56,967 nucleotides of DNA. Origin: an uncultured Gemmatimonadota bacterium (GTDB lineage Bacteria > Blakebacterota > Blakebacteria > Blakebacterales > Blakebacteraceae). The translations under genes were made by a program, and so were the position numbers. This document shows positions 37,874-48,201 of the stretch, piece by piece. How positions within the stretch are numbered: the first letter of the stretch is position 1; the number at the start of each line of letters is the position of its first letter. The stretch covers positions 1-56,967 of the forward strand of contig CAZNUA010000004.1 of NCBI GenBank assembly GCA_964576115.1, read 5' to 3'. Below the pieces are notes generated by a model. The model was not told the origin of the DNA and did no database searches. It worked only from the letters and a program-made list of their open reading frames with translations.

Positions 37874-38653
37874 ATGCGGGACGTGCTGTCGATACTGGGC
37901 CCGTTCATCGCGGTCGCGCTGGGAGCCATGACAGGTTCCTTCGCCAATGTCTGTATCTACCGCCTGCCGCGTCACGAATCGATCGTCTCTCCCGGTTCGC
38001 ACTGTCCCCGGTGCGGTGAGCCGGTGCGCTGGCATGACAATGTCCCGATCCTCGGGTATATTCTACTCAGGGGGAGGTGCCGGGATTGCGGCGGTCCGAT
38101 CGGCGTGCGTTACCCGATCGTCGAGGGAGCCATGACTCTCCTGTTTCTGGGATTCTGGTTCCTGGAAGGGGGGCGCTGGGCTCCGTTCGCTGCCGATGCT
38201 CTCTTCGGCCTGGCCCTGGTGGTCACGATCGGTATCGACCTCGAACATCGGTTGATACCCGACCGGGTGACCCTGCCGCTGCTCGGGTTCGGGCTGGCGA
38301 TCTCGCTCATCCCCGGCGGGCTGACCGCGCTGGAGTCTCTGATAGGGGCCCTGGCGGGGGGCGGTGTCATGTACCTGATCGCGGTCGTGGGTGACGCCGT
38401 CTACAAACGCGAGACCATGGGAGGCGGGGACATCAAGCTCACCGCGGCGATCGGAGCTTTCCTGGGCTGGAAGCTCCTCATCGTGGCGCTCTTCGCCGCC
38501 TTCGTGCTCGGAGCCCTTGGAGGACTGCTCTACCTCGCCCTGGGGGGCAAGGACCGGACGATTCCCTTCGGACCTTCCCTGGCCGTGGGGGCCCTGGTCG
38601 CCCTGGCGGCCGGCGAGGCCATCTGGACCTGGTACACTGGATTCCTGCGGTAG
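37874..38653 (+). CDS. pilD: Prepilin peptidase / N-methyltransferase
   Basis: GSFANVCIYRLP, two CxxC pairs, IDLEHRLIPD, MGGGDIKL and IPFGPSL. Confidence 0.95.
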   Translation: MRDVLSILGPFIAVALGAMTGSFANVCIYRLPRHESIVSPGSHCPRCGEPVRWHDNVPILGYILLRGRCRDCGGPIGVRYPIVEGAMTLLFLGFWFLEGGRWAPFAADALFGLALVVTIGIDLEHRLIPDRVTLPLLGFGLAISLIPGGLTALESLIGALAGGGVMYLIAVVGDAVYKRETMGGGDIKLTAAIGAFLGWKLLIVALFAAFVLGALGGLLYLALGGKDRTIPFGPSLAVGALVALAAGEAIWTWYTGFLR

Positions 38654-38676
38654 AGCGGGGAACAGGTGGGAGTGAG

Positions 38677-39351
38677 ATGAAGCGACGCAGCTGCAGACGA
38701 ACAGGCACTGCCGGTCAGGATCGGCGGAGCGGACGTCTGTCCCGCGGGCAGGGCTTCTCCCTGATCGAACTGCTCATGGTAGTGGTGGTCATCGGGCTGA
38801 TCGGAACCGTGGCCACGCCCACCTTCCGCGGCTACATGCAGACCCAGCGCCTCCATGCCGCCTCCCGCGATCTGGTCACCAATCTGCGACTGGCCCGTCT
38901 GCGGTCGGTCAGCGAGCGCAATCCCTGGGTGATCATGTTTCTGATCGGTCGGCGCCAGTATCTGATGTTCGCCGACAACGGCGGCGGCGGCGGGCTGGCC
39001 ACCAGCGCGCAGTTCATCGAAGAGAACCGGGGCAACCTCCGCCCCGATCCGGGGGAGACGATCATCGGCCCCATCAGTCTGACCGGAGGGGTCATGTTCG
39101 GGCTTGTTACCGCAAACGATCTACCCAATGGATTGACCACGACGACCCCGGTATCCTTCGCAGGATCGCCCCCCACACTCGTGTTCTACCCCAACGGCAG
39201 TGCGCGCGAAACGGGCATTATCATGCTCCATCTTGCGGAACGGGTTCAGGCCAACGATCCGACCGGGCAGCGGGCCGTCATCCTGTACAAGCCGACGGGG
39301 TCCGCGCGCAGTTTTACCTATAATTCAGGAGGGAATCCCACATGGAAATGA
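38677..39351 (+). CDS. FimT/FimU/GspH-like minor pilin
   Basis: G|FSLIELLMVVVVIG, then LRLARLRSV and FYPNG. Confidence 0.8.
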   Translation: MKRRSCRRTGTAGQDRRSGRLSRGQGFSLIELLMVVVVIGLIGTVATPTFRGYMQTQRLHAASRDLVTNLRLARLRSVSERNPWVIMFLIGRRQYLMFADNGGGGGLATSAQFIEENRGNLRPDPGETIIGPISLTGGVMFGLVTANDLPNGLTTTTPVSFAGSPPTLVFYPNGSARETGIIMLHLAERVQANDPTGQRAVILYKPTGSARSFTYNSGGNPTWK

Positions 39352-39845
39352 GACCGGGTTCCCACCGCAGCACTGCCCAACCTCCCGCCTGCGCCGGACG
39401 GGTGCACCAGCGCGGGCGGGAGCCGGTGGGGCCTCCCCGTTTCGGGGAGGGAGGCTTCACACTCATCGAGGTCGTGGTGACGATGGTTCTGCTTTCGGTC
39501 GGACTCATGGGTCTAGGCCCCATGATGATCTCGGTCATGCAGGGCAACCGCTTCGCCCAGGACATGACCCTGGCGACCTCGCTGGCCGAAGACCGGATCG
39601 AGGAGATCCTGCATCAACCGGTTTTTTCGTCGATCATGGACTCCGGTTTCCCCGACGAACCCCAGGGACAGATTCGCAACGGCGACGCCAAGTACAGGAA
39701 GTTCTCGCGAACGGTGTCGGTCGTGGATTCCACCGACGTGCTGGGACGGATTCTGATGAAGAATGTGACTGTGGTGGTCAGCTGGACCGGCCTCAGCGGG
39801 CGAACCCACGATGTGACCCTGCACGGGAAGGTGTCCCGTTTCTAG
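39342..39845 (+). CDS. pilV: PilV-like minor pilin
   Basis: G|FTLIEVVVTMVLLSVGLMG, LAEDRIEEI and VTVVVSW. Confidence 0.78.
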   Translation: MEMRPGSHRSTAQPPACAGRVHQRGREPVGPPRFGEGGFTLIEVVVTMVLLSVGLMGLGPMMISVMQGNRFAQDMTLATSLAEDRIEEILHQPVFSSIMDSGFPDEPQGQIRNGDAKYRKFSRTVSVVDSTDVLGRILMKNVTVVVSWTGLSGRTHDVTLHGKVSRF

Positions 39846-39882
39846 CGGGAGCGTCGCCTGTTTCCTGGCGAGGAGAGATACG

Positions 39883-42800
39883 ATGCGGGCCACAAATGGA
39901 AGCACCCTTCATCCGGTCTTCACCGGGTCGAGCACAACCCGGAACGGCGGCCGCGGAACAGTTCTGGATCAGCGCGGATTCACCCTGGTCGAACTGCTGA
40001 TCGCCCTGGTTCTGACCTCGGTCATGTTCTCGGCCATGCTGGTCGTCTTTCAGACCCAGACCAGGATCAACACCGTCGAGGCCGACGTCATCGAAGCCCA
40101 GCAGAACGCCCGGGTCGCCATGACCGCCCTGGCTCAGGATATTCGTCAGTCCGGCTATTTCGTGGATCAGTTCAACCGGCAACCGATCTGGCTCGACGCC
40201 GCTCCCTACCAGCTGGTCTTCAACGCCAACCTTTCGGACCGTTTCGTGGCCATGCACCGCGACTCGGCCGTGCCCCTGAGCGACGGCACCATGTACAAAC
40301 CGGGCGATTTCACCTCGGCACCACAGGAAGAGAATCTGCCCAGTTTTCTCGACCGCTATCTGAACGAGTCGGAAACCATCCGCCTGACCCTCGACAATAC
40401 CTATGACGGGCAGATCACTGCGGCCGACCGGCAGGTGGGGGCGGCCAATCCCAACCTCTACACCCTGACCAAGGAGATCAACGGGAACCCGCCGGCGGTG
40501 CTGGGCTACAACGTGCGGGGCCCCAACCCCTATCCCGACGGCACCCTGCCGACCCCGATGTTCGAGTACTGGGGCACCTTCACGTCACCCTCCGTGCTCG
40601 AGCTGTGGGGCGATACCAACGGCGACGGGCGGCTTTCCTCCAGCGAAGTGACGGCCCTGACCCCGGTTCCGGTGGCCTCCCTGCCCGAGATCCGGCAGGT
40701 GGACGTCACCATCATGGTCGAGACCAACCGGCCCGATCGCAATTTCGTCGGGCCGGGCAGTACCTCCTCGCAGAATTACCCCTACCGTTCGTACGTGCTG
40801 CGTCAGCGCATCCGGGCCCGCAACGTGGGGATCAACCCCACCGGCCTTGTCCTGTGCGGTAACCGTCCTGATCCGCCCCTCAATCCGGTCGGGTACGACA
40901 CGCCCTACGATCAGGGGGGCAGCATCACCCTCGAATGGGATTCCTCTCCCGATGAGTACAGCGGTGAGAACGACGTGCAGTACTACAGCGTCTACCGCGG
41001 GATCTCCGGCGAATATGAGGTCATCGGACAGCTCCAGGCGATGGGGGTGGATACGACCTACATCTTTGAGGACGACGGGGACATCGACAACTTCAACGCC
41101 CCGGTCGACGGAACCGGGTACTACTACTACATGGCGGCCTGGGACTGCGCCCCGCAGGAGTCGATCCCCTCGGTCGTCATCGGCCCCATCGTGAGCCTGC
41201 CCAACGGCCCGGCGCCGCCGGTCATCACCGACGCCTGGGATACACCCTGCGATACCGGTGGGGACGTGACGGTGCAGTTTACCCGCAGCGCCCAGGATGA
41301 CGGTACCACTTCGGGGGTGGCCTGGTATCTGGTCTACCGCGGCACCGTGAGCGACTCCACCATCATCTCGAAGGTTCTCGTCGATACCCTGGCGGCTACC
41401 GGAGCCAGTATCTATCACTATCACGATACGATCGGCAACGCGGCCGGCCTGCCCCCGGTCGACGGTACCTCCTACTGGTACGTCCTCCGGGCCGAACAGG
41501 GGAACGTGCCGAGCGAGAATAGCAACGAATACGGCGCCGTCTGGTCGGGGAGCGGACTCTCGGCTCCCCGCCTGCTCAGCGTCGAAGACCGTCCGGCCGA
41601 TGACGGGACGGCCCTGATTCTGACCTGGCGGCGCTCGGCATCCGAAGACTGCTCTCCCTCACCCACCACCTACCGGATCTACCGCCGGGTAGAAGGCACC
41701 ACCACCTGGAATGCCGTCACCGACGTCACGGTCGCCTTCCAGAACTACTATGAGTATACCGACGACGACGGTGGGTCGGGGCTGATCAACGGCACCACCT
41801 ACGAATACACCATTGGCGTGCGCACCACCGGCGAGGAGGAACGGTCCAACATCATGGCCGGCACTCCCCGAGACAATCCGCCGGTGGCCGCCCCCGAGCA
41901 CCTGGTCGCCGAGGACGTGCCCTGCGAGTCCGACGGCGATATCCGTCTCACGTGGCAGCGCTCGCCCGACGACGGCGCCGGGGCGTATACCGCCGACGAG
42001 TACTTCGTCTACCGCAAGGTCGAAGGGGGCACCTACAGTCTGATCTACACCACGGCCGCCACCGGGGCCGCCTCCTACGCCTGGACCGACGCCGACTCGA
42101 CCAATCCCGGTTATGCCCCGGTGCTGGGCTTTACCTACTGGTACAAGGTGACAGCCTACGACAGTGATTCGAGTTCGGAGTCCCCGCCGTCGAATGAAGA
42201 CGACGCCCTGAGCGACGGCAGTCCCGGCGCCCCGGAGATCACCGCCGCCTACGATACCTACGGGGCGGGCTCTCGGCAGATCAGGATCGAGTTCACCGCC
42301 TCGGTGGACGACGGGGGGTGTGCGGATTCGGTCACGCAGTACCGGATTTTCCGGACCACCAGCCCGGGCTCCTACGGCACCTATATCGCCACCGTCACGG
42401 CTACCGACGCGGCGTCGTATACTTACGACGACAACATGACCAACACCCCCGTGGGAGGGCCGCTGGACGGTTTCTCCTACTACTACATGATCCGGGCCTA
42501 CGATGCCGTGAATATCGAGGAGTCGCAGGATTCCAACGAGTTCGGCCCGGTCGAGCCGTACGGGGCCTCGTGCGATTGCTGCCCGATCTTCGTCGATGAC
42601 ATGGAAGTCGGCAACCTCGGCTGGACCCACGGTGGTTCGCGCGACGACTGGGAACTGGGAAGCCCGCAGGGCAAATCCTTCGATCCCAGCCTGGCCCACT
42701 CGGGAGGCAATGTCTGGGGGACCGACCTCGGTTACGGTTCCGCCGACGGCCAGTACCGGGCCCGGGCCGACTACTACCTCATCTCGCCCACGCTTGATTT

Positions 42801-43476
42801 CTCGGCCTTCGAAGAGGGCTACATCATCATGAGCTACTGGCGCTGGCTTTCGGTCGAGACCGCCCAGAAGGACCAGGCCCGGGTTCAGCTCAACAACGGC
42901 AGCGGCTGGCAGACGATCTGGCAGAACACCCAGAACGACAATACCACCGATACCGAGTGGAAGCTGCAGTATCTCGACCTGAGCCAGCTCGTGCTGGGCT
43001 CTTCGGACGTGCGGATCGCGTTCACCCTCGAGACCAACCGCTCGGCCCAGTTCGGCGGCTGGAACCTGGATGACATCGAGATCTGCTACACTGCCCCTGG
43101 TGCCTGCGATTACTTCTTCTATGTCGGCGATTCGATCGCGCAGAGCCAGGGCAACAACCTCTTCTTCGATATCACCAACGGCTACGAGGGAGCGGTGTCG
43201 ATGCTGGGTATGGAACTGACCTGGGGATCGGAGACGAGTCTGCTCAAGCGCATCCGGACTCAGGCGGGCGGTCCGGGTGAGGTCTGGACGACGGCAGTTG
43301 CCGAGCCGACTCCCCTCGAGGCGATCTTCCACACCCCGGTCGATTTCGCGGCAGGGGAGACGATCACCTTCAAACTCGAGTACCAACCCGGTCACATGCG
43401 CGGATCGGCCATGTCGATCCGCTTCATCACGGCCTGCGGCCGGTCGACCGAGATCGTCGTTCAGGTCCCCGAATAG
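39883..43476 (+). CDS. pilW: Giant modular PilW-like minor pilin (pilin + 5 FN3-like repeats + jelly-roll domain + C-terminal beta domain)
   Basis: G|FTLVELLIAL and QQNARVAM...DIRQSG; the pilin domain ends near IRARN. Five P.PP....D.P.D.G...L.W..S.DD repeats follow, then FVDDME...W....P...AHSG...W...LISP..D...GWNLDDI. Confidence 0.8.
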   Translation: MRATNGSTLHPVFTGSSTTRNGGRGTVLDQRGFTLVELLIALVLTSVMFSAMLVVFQTQTRINTVEADVIEAQQNARVAMTALAQDIRQSGYFVDQFNRQPIWLDAAPYQLVFNANLSDRFVAMHRDSAVPLSDGTMYKPGDFTSAPQEENLPSFLDRYLNESETIRLTLDNTYDGQITAADRQVGAANPNLYTLTKEINGNPPAVLGYNVRGPNPYPDGTLPTPMFEYWGTFTSPSVLELWGDTNGDGRLSSSEVTALTPVPVASLPEIRQVDVTIMVETNRPDRNFVGPGSTSSQNYPYRSYVLRQRIRARNVGINPTGLVLCGNRPDPPLNPVGYDTPYDQGGSITLEWDSSPDEYSGENDVQYYSVYRGISGEYEVIGQLQAMGVDTTYIFEDDGDIDNFNAPVDGTGYYYYMAAWDCAPQESIPSVVIGPIVSLPNGPAPPVITDAWDTPCDTGGDVTVQFTRSAQDDGTTSGVAWYLVYRGTVSDSTIISKVLVDTLAATGASIYHYHDTIGNAAGLPPVDGTSYWYVLRAEQGNVPSENSNEYGAVWSGSGLSAPRLLSVEDRPADDGTALILTWRRSASEDCSPSPTTYRIYRRVEGTTTWNAVTDVTVAFQNYYEYTDDDGGSGLINGTTYEYTIGVRTTGEEERSNIMAGTPRDNPPVAAPEHLVAEDVPCESDGDIRLTWQRSPDDGAGAYTADEYFVYRKVEGGTYSLIYTTAATGAASYAWTDADSTNPGYAPVLGFTYWYKVTAYDSDSSSESPPSNEDDALSDGSPGAPEITAAYDTYGAGSRQIRIEFTASVDDGGCADSVTQYRIFRTTSPGSYGTYIATVTATDAASYTYDDNMTNTPVGGPLDGFSYYYMIRAYDAVNIEESQDSNEFGPVEPYGASCDCCPIFVDDMEVGNLGWTHGGSRDDWELGSPQGKSFDPSLAHSGGNVWGTDLGYGSADGQYRARADYYLISPTLDFSAFEEGYIIMSYWRWLSVETAQKDQARVQLNNGSGWQTIWQNTQNDNTTDTEWKLQYLDLSQLVLGSSDVRIAFTLETNRSAQFGGWNLDDIEICYTAPGACDYFFYVGDSIAQSQGNNLFFDITNGYEGAVSMLGMELTWGSETSLLKRIRTQAGGPGEVWTTAVAEPTPLEAIFHTPVDFAAGETITFKLEYQPGHMRGSAMSIRFITACGRSTEIVVQVPE

Positions 43477-43491
43477 GAGGTGGGAGCGGTC

Positions 43492-44877
43492 ATGCGGGCA
43501 ATCATCGCGAGGCGTGAGCCGGACAGGCGCGGGTGTGGCCTCATGCACCCGGTACGCAACGAACGGGGCTCGGCGCTCATGGCGGCCTTCTGGATGCTGG
43601 TGGTCCTGCTCATGGCGGGCCTGGCGGCCAGCTATTCGACCTCGACCGAGGTGGGCCTGTCGGGAAACCAGCGGCTCGACACCCAGATCTTCTACCTGGC
43701 CGAGGCCGGGGTGGCCCAGACCAAGAAGTACCTTGACCAGCTCGGGATCCAGTTCGTAGGCACGGGGAGCAACGGGACGGCGCCCAAAGAGGTCTTCCTG
43801 GAGGTGCCGGTGGGGATCAGCGGGGGGGTGAGCGGTCGTTTCACCGCCTTCATCGATCCCAAGGACAACGAGGGGGGCAAGCCCACCAAGTACCTGGCTC
43901 TCACGGTGCGGGCCTGGATCCCCGGCAATCCGATCGTGAAGGTCATCCAGGAGCGGGTGGGGCAGGAGAATTTCGCCAAGTACGCCTACTTCACCGACGA
44001 AGAGAGGATGACCAGCGGTATCATTGTCTGGTTCACGGACGGCGACGTGCTGCGCGGGCCGGTTCATTCCAACAGTCAGATCAACATCACCGGCGATCCG
44101 ATCTTCATCAAGGAGGTCACCACCACTGCCTCCAGCGTGAACTACAGCGGCACCTGCAATCCCGATTTCCGGGAGGGGATCGAGTTCAATGTCGATTCCA
44201 TCGAACTGCCCACCGATACCGGCCTGCTGCGCGCCAAAGCACAGGAAGCCCAGGGACTTTATTTCGGAAGCGCCGCTGATCTGGTGCTGGCCTATGACGA
44301 CACCACCGGGTTCGCTTCGGTCTCGGTCGACCTGGGGAGCGGGCCGGTTATCTACCAGATTCCCGAGAACGGGGTTCTCTACGTCGACGGCGACTGTACC
44401 ATCCAGGGGACACTGAAGGGGCAACTGACGGTGGCCTGCAGCGGCGACATGTACATCGTGGACAATCTGCTGTACACTACCGACCCCCGCACCGATCCGA
44501 GCAGCACCGATCTGCTGGGGCTGGTGGCCGACAACAACGTCTACATGGCCGACACGGCCGAGAACCTGGATGCGGGGGACGAGATCGTCATGGCCGTGAT
44601 CATGGCTCTGAACACCTCCTTCGCGGCCGAAAATTACGGTTCGGGTACTCCCCGCGGCTACCTGCGGGTGATCGGGGGGGTCATCCAGAAGAACCGGGGG
44701 CCGGTGGGAACTTTTTCCTGGGGGGGAGGGATCAGTACTGGCTACGAGAAGGATTACGTCTACGATGACCGGCTGGCCGACAGCCCGCCGCCGGCCTTTC
44801 CGACCACGGGTCTGGTGCAGACGCTGGCCTGGAAGGAGATGGATCCCAACTACGACATCTCGCAGAACGTGTTTTAA
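43492..44877 (+). CDS. pilX: PilX-like minor pilin with a DUF4900-like C-terminal domain
   Basis: NERG|SALM (no Glu5), FYLAEAGV, FAKYAYFTD, GPVHSN, GGVIQ and YDDRL...PPPAFP. Confidence 0.78.
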   Translation: MRAIIARREPDRRGCGLMHPVRNERGSALMAAFWMLVVLLMAGLAASYSTSTEVGLSGNQRLDTQIFYLAEAGVAQTKKYLDQLGIQFVGTGSNGTAPKEVFLEVPVGISGGVSGRFTAFIDPKDNEGGKPTKYLALTVRAWIPGNPIVKVIQERVGQENFAKYAYFTDEERMTSGIIVWFTDGDVLRGPVHSNSQINITGDPIFIKEVTTTASSVNYSGTCNPDFREGIEFNVDSIELPTDTGLLRAKAQEAQGLYFGSAADLVLAYDDTTGFASVSVDLGSGPVIYQIPENGVLYVDGDCTIQGTLKGQLTVACSGDMYIVDNLLYTTDPRTDPSSTDLLGLVADNNVYMADTAENLDAGDEIVMAVIMALNTSFAAENYGSGTPRGYLRVIGGVIQKNRGPVGTFSWGGGISTGYEKDYVYDDRLADSPPPAFPTTGLVQTLAWKEMDPNYDISQNVF

Positions 44878-44894
44878 AAGAGTGTTGGAGTCGC

Positions 44895-44923
44895 TTGACA
44901 CGCAGAAAAGGGGATTCTATTGT
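44895..44923 (+). promoter_or_regulatory. Sigma70 promoter TTGACA-N17-TATTGT for pilMNOPQ
   Basis: Consensus -35 hexamer with a 17-bp spacer in an AT-rich intergenic region. Confidence 0.65.
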
Positions 44924-45024
44924 TGAGTCTGCCTTTTACGTGCAATGAGGTAGAAACAGAACGAAAGAGGCTTACTTTGTTACACTCTTCGTTCCAAGCC
45001 GCACGCATGTGCCCGTAGCAGGAC

Positions 45025-46077
45025 ATGGCGGGTCTCAAGCGCGGCAAGACCACGGTAGGACTCGATATCGGGTCCTCGGCCATCAAAGTGGCGCAGATCG
45101 GCCACACGAGTGAGGGGTATGCGCTCGAGAAATTTGATCTCGAGCCGATGCCTCCGGGGGCCATCGTGTCGGGAGAATTCCGCGACCGCTCCTTGGTCGA
45201 ATCGGCGCTCAAGGACGTTATCAAGCGCAACGGGCTCAAACGGGCCAATGTCGTGGTCAGCCTCTCCGGATTCGCTGTCCTGCACGACACCCTTACCATG
45301 CAGGTCATGACCGAAGAGGAGGCGCGCAACGAAGTGTATTCCGAGGTCGAGAAGATCAGCCCCTTCTCGATTTCCGAGGTGACTCTCGATTACAAGATCA
45401 TGGAGGTGTCCGAAGAAGAGGACATCATGAGGGTTCTCCTGGTCGCGGCCAAGAACGAGGTGCTCGAGGATCGCCTCGAACTGCTCAACAGTCTCGGGGT
45501 GCAGCCCTCGATCGTGGATGTCGACATCTTCGCGCTCTATAACGCCTTCGAGGCCAACTACGACATGGCCGATTATCAGGGTGCCGCGCTCATGAACCTG
45601 GGGGCCAACACCACCAGCGTGACCTTCGTCTACGACGGGCAGTTCAACTCCGCCCGCGATCTCTCGATTTCAGTCGGCAATTTCTCTGAACGCCTGCAGA
45701 AGGAGCTGAACCTGCCGGCCGAGGCCGCCAACGATCTGCTCCAGGGCCGCCCGCCCGAAGACCTGAAGACCGAGCAGGCCGCTGAGGTGATCGCCGCCGT
45801 CGGCGCTGAGTTGAGCGATTCAGTCGAAATGGCCGTCAGCTACTTCCGCTCCACGGTCGATCTCGACCAGCTGGACGTCATCATGCTCTGCGGCGGCGGA
45901 GCGTTGATTCCCGGTCTGACCGATCTGCTGGAAACGAAAAACAATGTTCCAGCCGAGATCGCCAATCCCCTCCGGACCATCGCGTTCGAGACCAAGCTCT
46001 TTCCCGACGGGGATCCCGAGCGGATCGCTCCCTTGCTGACCGTGGCCATCGGCCTTGCCTTGAGGAAGGTGGGCTGA
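45025..46077 (+). CDS. pilM: Type IV pilus assembly protein PilM
   Basis: VGLDIGSSAIK, VLLVAAK, IVDVDIFAL, CGGGA and AIGLALR. Confidence 0.95.
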   Translation: MAGLKRGKTTVGLDIGSSAIKVAQIGHTSEGYALEKFDLEPMPPGAIVSGEFRDRSLVESALKDVIKRNGLKRANVVVSLSGFAVLHDTLTMQVMTEEEARNEVYSEVEKISPFSISEVTLDYKIMEVSEEEDIMRVLLVAAKNEVLEDRLELLNSLGVQPSIVDVDIFALYNAFEANYDMADYQGAALMNLGANTTSVTFVYDGQFNSARDLSISVGNFSERLQKELNLPAEAANDLLQGRPPEDLKTEQAAEVIAAVGAELSDSVEMAVSYFRSTVDLDQLDVIMLCGGGALIPGLTDLLETKNNVPAEIANPLRTIAFETKLFPDGDPERIAPLLTVAIGLALRKVG

Positions 46078-46078
46078 G

Positions 46079-46675
46079 ATGGTCTTCGAGATCAACCTGC
46101 TCCCCGAGAAGTACCGCAAGAAGGGCTTTTCGATCCAGTTCGATGCCCGGGTTCTCGGAGGTATCGGTGGGATCGTTCTGGTAGTTCTGCTGGTTCTGAC
46201 GACCATCAAGGTCAACCGGCAGGCCGATGATCTGACCGAGCAACGCGATGCCCTGCTGGGTCAGAAGGAAGAGGTCGAAACCATCGCCCAGCGGGTCAGG
46301 AACCAGCAGCGGGAAACCCAGACCATCGAAGAGCGTATTGCCACCCTCGAAGGTCTGGGGGGACGCAATGCCGTTCAGCTGCGGATTCTCGAAATCATCA
46401 ACGAGCAGCTGCCGCCCAATATCTGGCTGCAGGAGGTGAACCAGGTCCCCCCGCGCCAGCAAGCGGGCGCGCGGGGCAGCGGGATCAGTGAAGATCAGGT
46501 CCTCAATTTCGAGGGCATCGCCCTGCGCAAGGAGGGTGTCACGGAGTGGATCACCCGCCTGCAGGAACAGGATCTCATCCAGCGGGTACAGACCAACTAC
46601 CTGCGCCCCACGCGGGTTCAGGACGCCGACATCTTCGAATTCTCGCTTACCGCGGTCATGAACATTTCAGGGTAG
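46079..46675 (+). CDS. pilN: Type IV pilus assembly protein PilN
   Basis: INLLP motif, TM helix, coiled coil and LPPNIWL. Confidence 0.92.
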   Translation: MVFEINLLPEKYRKKGFSIQFDARVLGGIGGIVLVVLLVLTTIKVNRQADDLTEQRDALLGQKEEVETIAQRVRNQQRETQTIEERIATLEGLGGRNAVQLRILEIINEQLPPNIWLQEVNQVPPRQQAGARGSGISEDQVLNFEGIALRKEGVTEWITRLQEQDLIQRVQTNYLRPTRVQDADIFEFSLTAVMNISG

Positions 46676-46679
46676 GAAC

Positions 46680-47285
46680 GTGGATCTCAGCGATCAGAGA
46701 ACGCAGATCATCCTGGTCATCGTACTGGCTGTCCTGGGAGGAGTATACGCCTGGTTCACCTATATCTACGGTCCCAAGAAGGACCTGGTCGACGAGCTCG
46801 AGGCCGAAATCAGCACTCTCAACGATGAGATCAGGGTCGCCCAGATCAAGGCTGACCAGGCCGATGATGCGCTGGCTGCACTGCAGGCGGCTCAGGCGCG
46901 CTGGGCCGAAGTGTTGCGTTCTTTCCCGACCGAATCGCGTGAGGAACAGGTGCTGTCGACTCTCTCGGCCGCCGAAGCTGTGGCGGAGGTCTTTGTCACC
47001 GATTTTCAGGGCGGCGAACGGCGGCGCCGGCCTCTGTACTTCGAAGAGGATTACACCATCCGCCTCCTGGGACGATACCACGAACTGGGCCGGTTCATTT
47101 CCGAGATCGCCTCGGCCCAGCGGCGGATGACCGTGAACCGGATGCAGATCTCCCACCCCAGTGTCGCCGAAGAATCGGGTGGGGGGCGGGGCGGCGGCAG
47201 TACGGGACCGCCGCCGACCGAGAACGAACTCATAATCAACCTGGTGGTGACCACCTATGTCGTACGCGAGCAATCCGGTGGCTAG
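46680..47285 (+). CDS. pilO: Type IV pilus assembly protein PilO
   Basis: TM helix, coiled coil and GRYHELGRFISEI. Confidence 0.92.
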   Translation: MDLSDQRTQIILVIVLAVLGGVYAWFTYIYGPKKDLVDELEAEISTLNDEIRVAQIKADQADDALAALQAAQARWAEVLRSFPTESREEQVLSTLSAAEAVAEVFVTDFQGGERRRRPLYFEEDYTIRLLGRYHELGRFISEIASAQRRMTVNRMQISHPSVAEESGGGRGGGSTGPPPTENELIINLVVTTYVVREQSGG

Positions 47286-48201
47286 ACGGCCGACCTCCGG
47301 GGCATGTCGGTTCCTGGCAGCGGTCGTTCTCGGAACGGCCGTTTGCGCGTCAGTGACGACCGGCACCCGGGCCCAGTCGACCGGCGGACATGATGTCGCC
47401 GCACAGCTCTCCGATGTGACCCAGATCGAACTGATTCCCGGTCTGTCGGCGGGTACGTTCACCCTGCTGGTACACTGTCCCTCGGAACGTGATTACACCT
47501 GGTTCTGGGCCCGCGAGAAGACGCTTGTTATCGACATCCGGAACACCTACATGCCTTTCCGCGGTCACGCCCTCGGTGAACTGGCCGTGTCGGGTGTTAC
47601 CGCGATCCGGGCCAGCCAGTTCATGGAAGGGCCGATCCCCGTGGCCCGGGTCGAGATGGATGTGGATCAGGACATGGGCGTCGAAGCGCGCTGGGTCGAA
47701 AGTGGTCTCGAAATTCTCTGCGGTCCCCCCGGACCGGCGATACCCGCCCCGACTCTGGCCCGCCGTCCCGATCAACCGGCTCCGGTCCGGCCCGAAACGG
47801 AACCAGGCGGCCCCCCGACCGAACCGGTAACCGTACCGACCCCCGCAACCGCACCGGCCGATTCAGCCCGACAGGTTCTCTACGCCCGCGCAGGACGTGT
47901 CAACCCCTTCGATCCGCTGCTGAAACCGACCGAAAACGTCGATTTCAGCAATACCCAGACCCGGCCTCTCCCCGATGCCGAGCGACTCACCCTGGAGGGG
48001 ATTTCTTTTGTTGAGGGACGTCCCGAGCAGTGCGTGGCGCTGGTGCGCGACACCCGGGGCCTGCATTACCACCTCAAACAGGGGGATCGGGTGCGCTATG
48101 GGTACGTGTCCGAAGTGGGCCCCGATGAAGTGGTGTTCCAACTTGACATCTACGGACGCAAGAAGGAAGTGCGTCTGAAGCTGAACGAACTTCGGAGGTG
48201 A
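47257..48201 (+). CDS. pilP: AMIN domain-PilP fusion
   Basis: AMIN-like TLVIDIRN...IRASQF...ARVEMDV, Pro-rich linker, PilP-like RVNPFDPL...LTLEGI...ALV...LKQGDRV..G.V..V. Confidence 0.75.
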   Translation: MSYASNPVARRPTSGACRFLAAVVLGTAVCASVTTGTRAQSTGGHDVAAQLSDVTQIELIPGLSAGTFTLLVHCPSERDYTWFWAREKTLVIDIRNTYMPFRGHALGELAVSGVTAIRASQFMEGPIPVARVEMDVDQDMGVEARWVESGLEILCGPPGPAIPAPTLARRPDQPAPVRPETEPGGPPTEPVTVPTPATAPADSARQVLYARAGRVNPFDPLLKPTENVDFSNTQTRPLPDAERLTLEGISFVEGRPEQCVALVRDTRGLHYHLKQGDRVRYGYVSEVGPDEVVFQLDIYGRKKEVRLKLNELRR

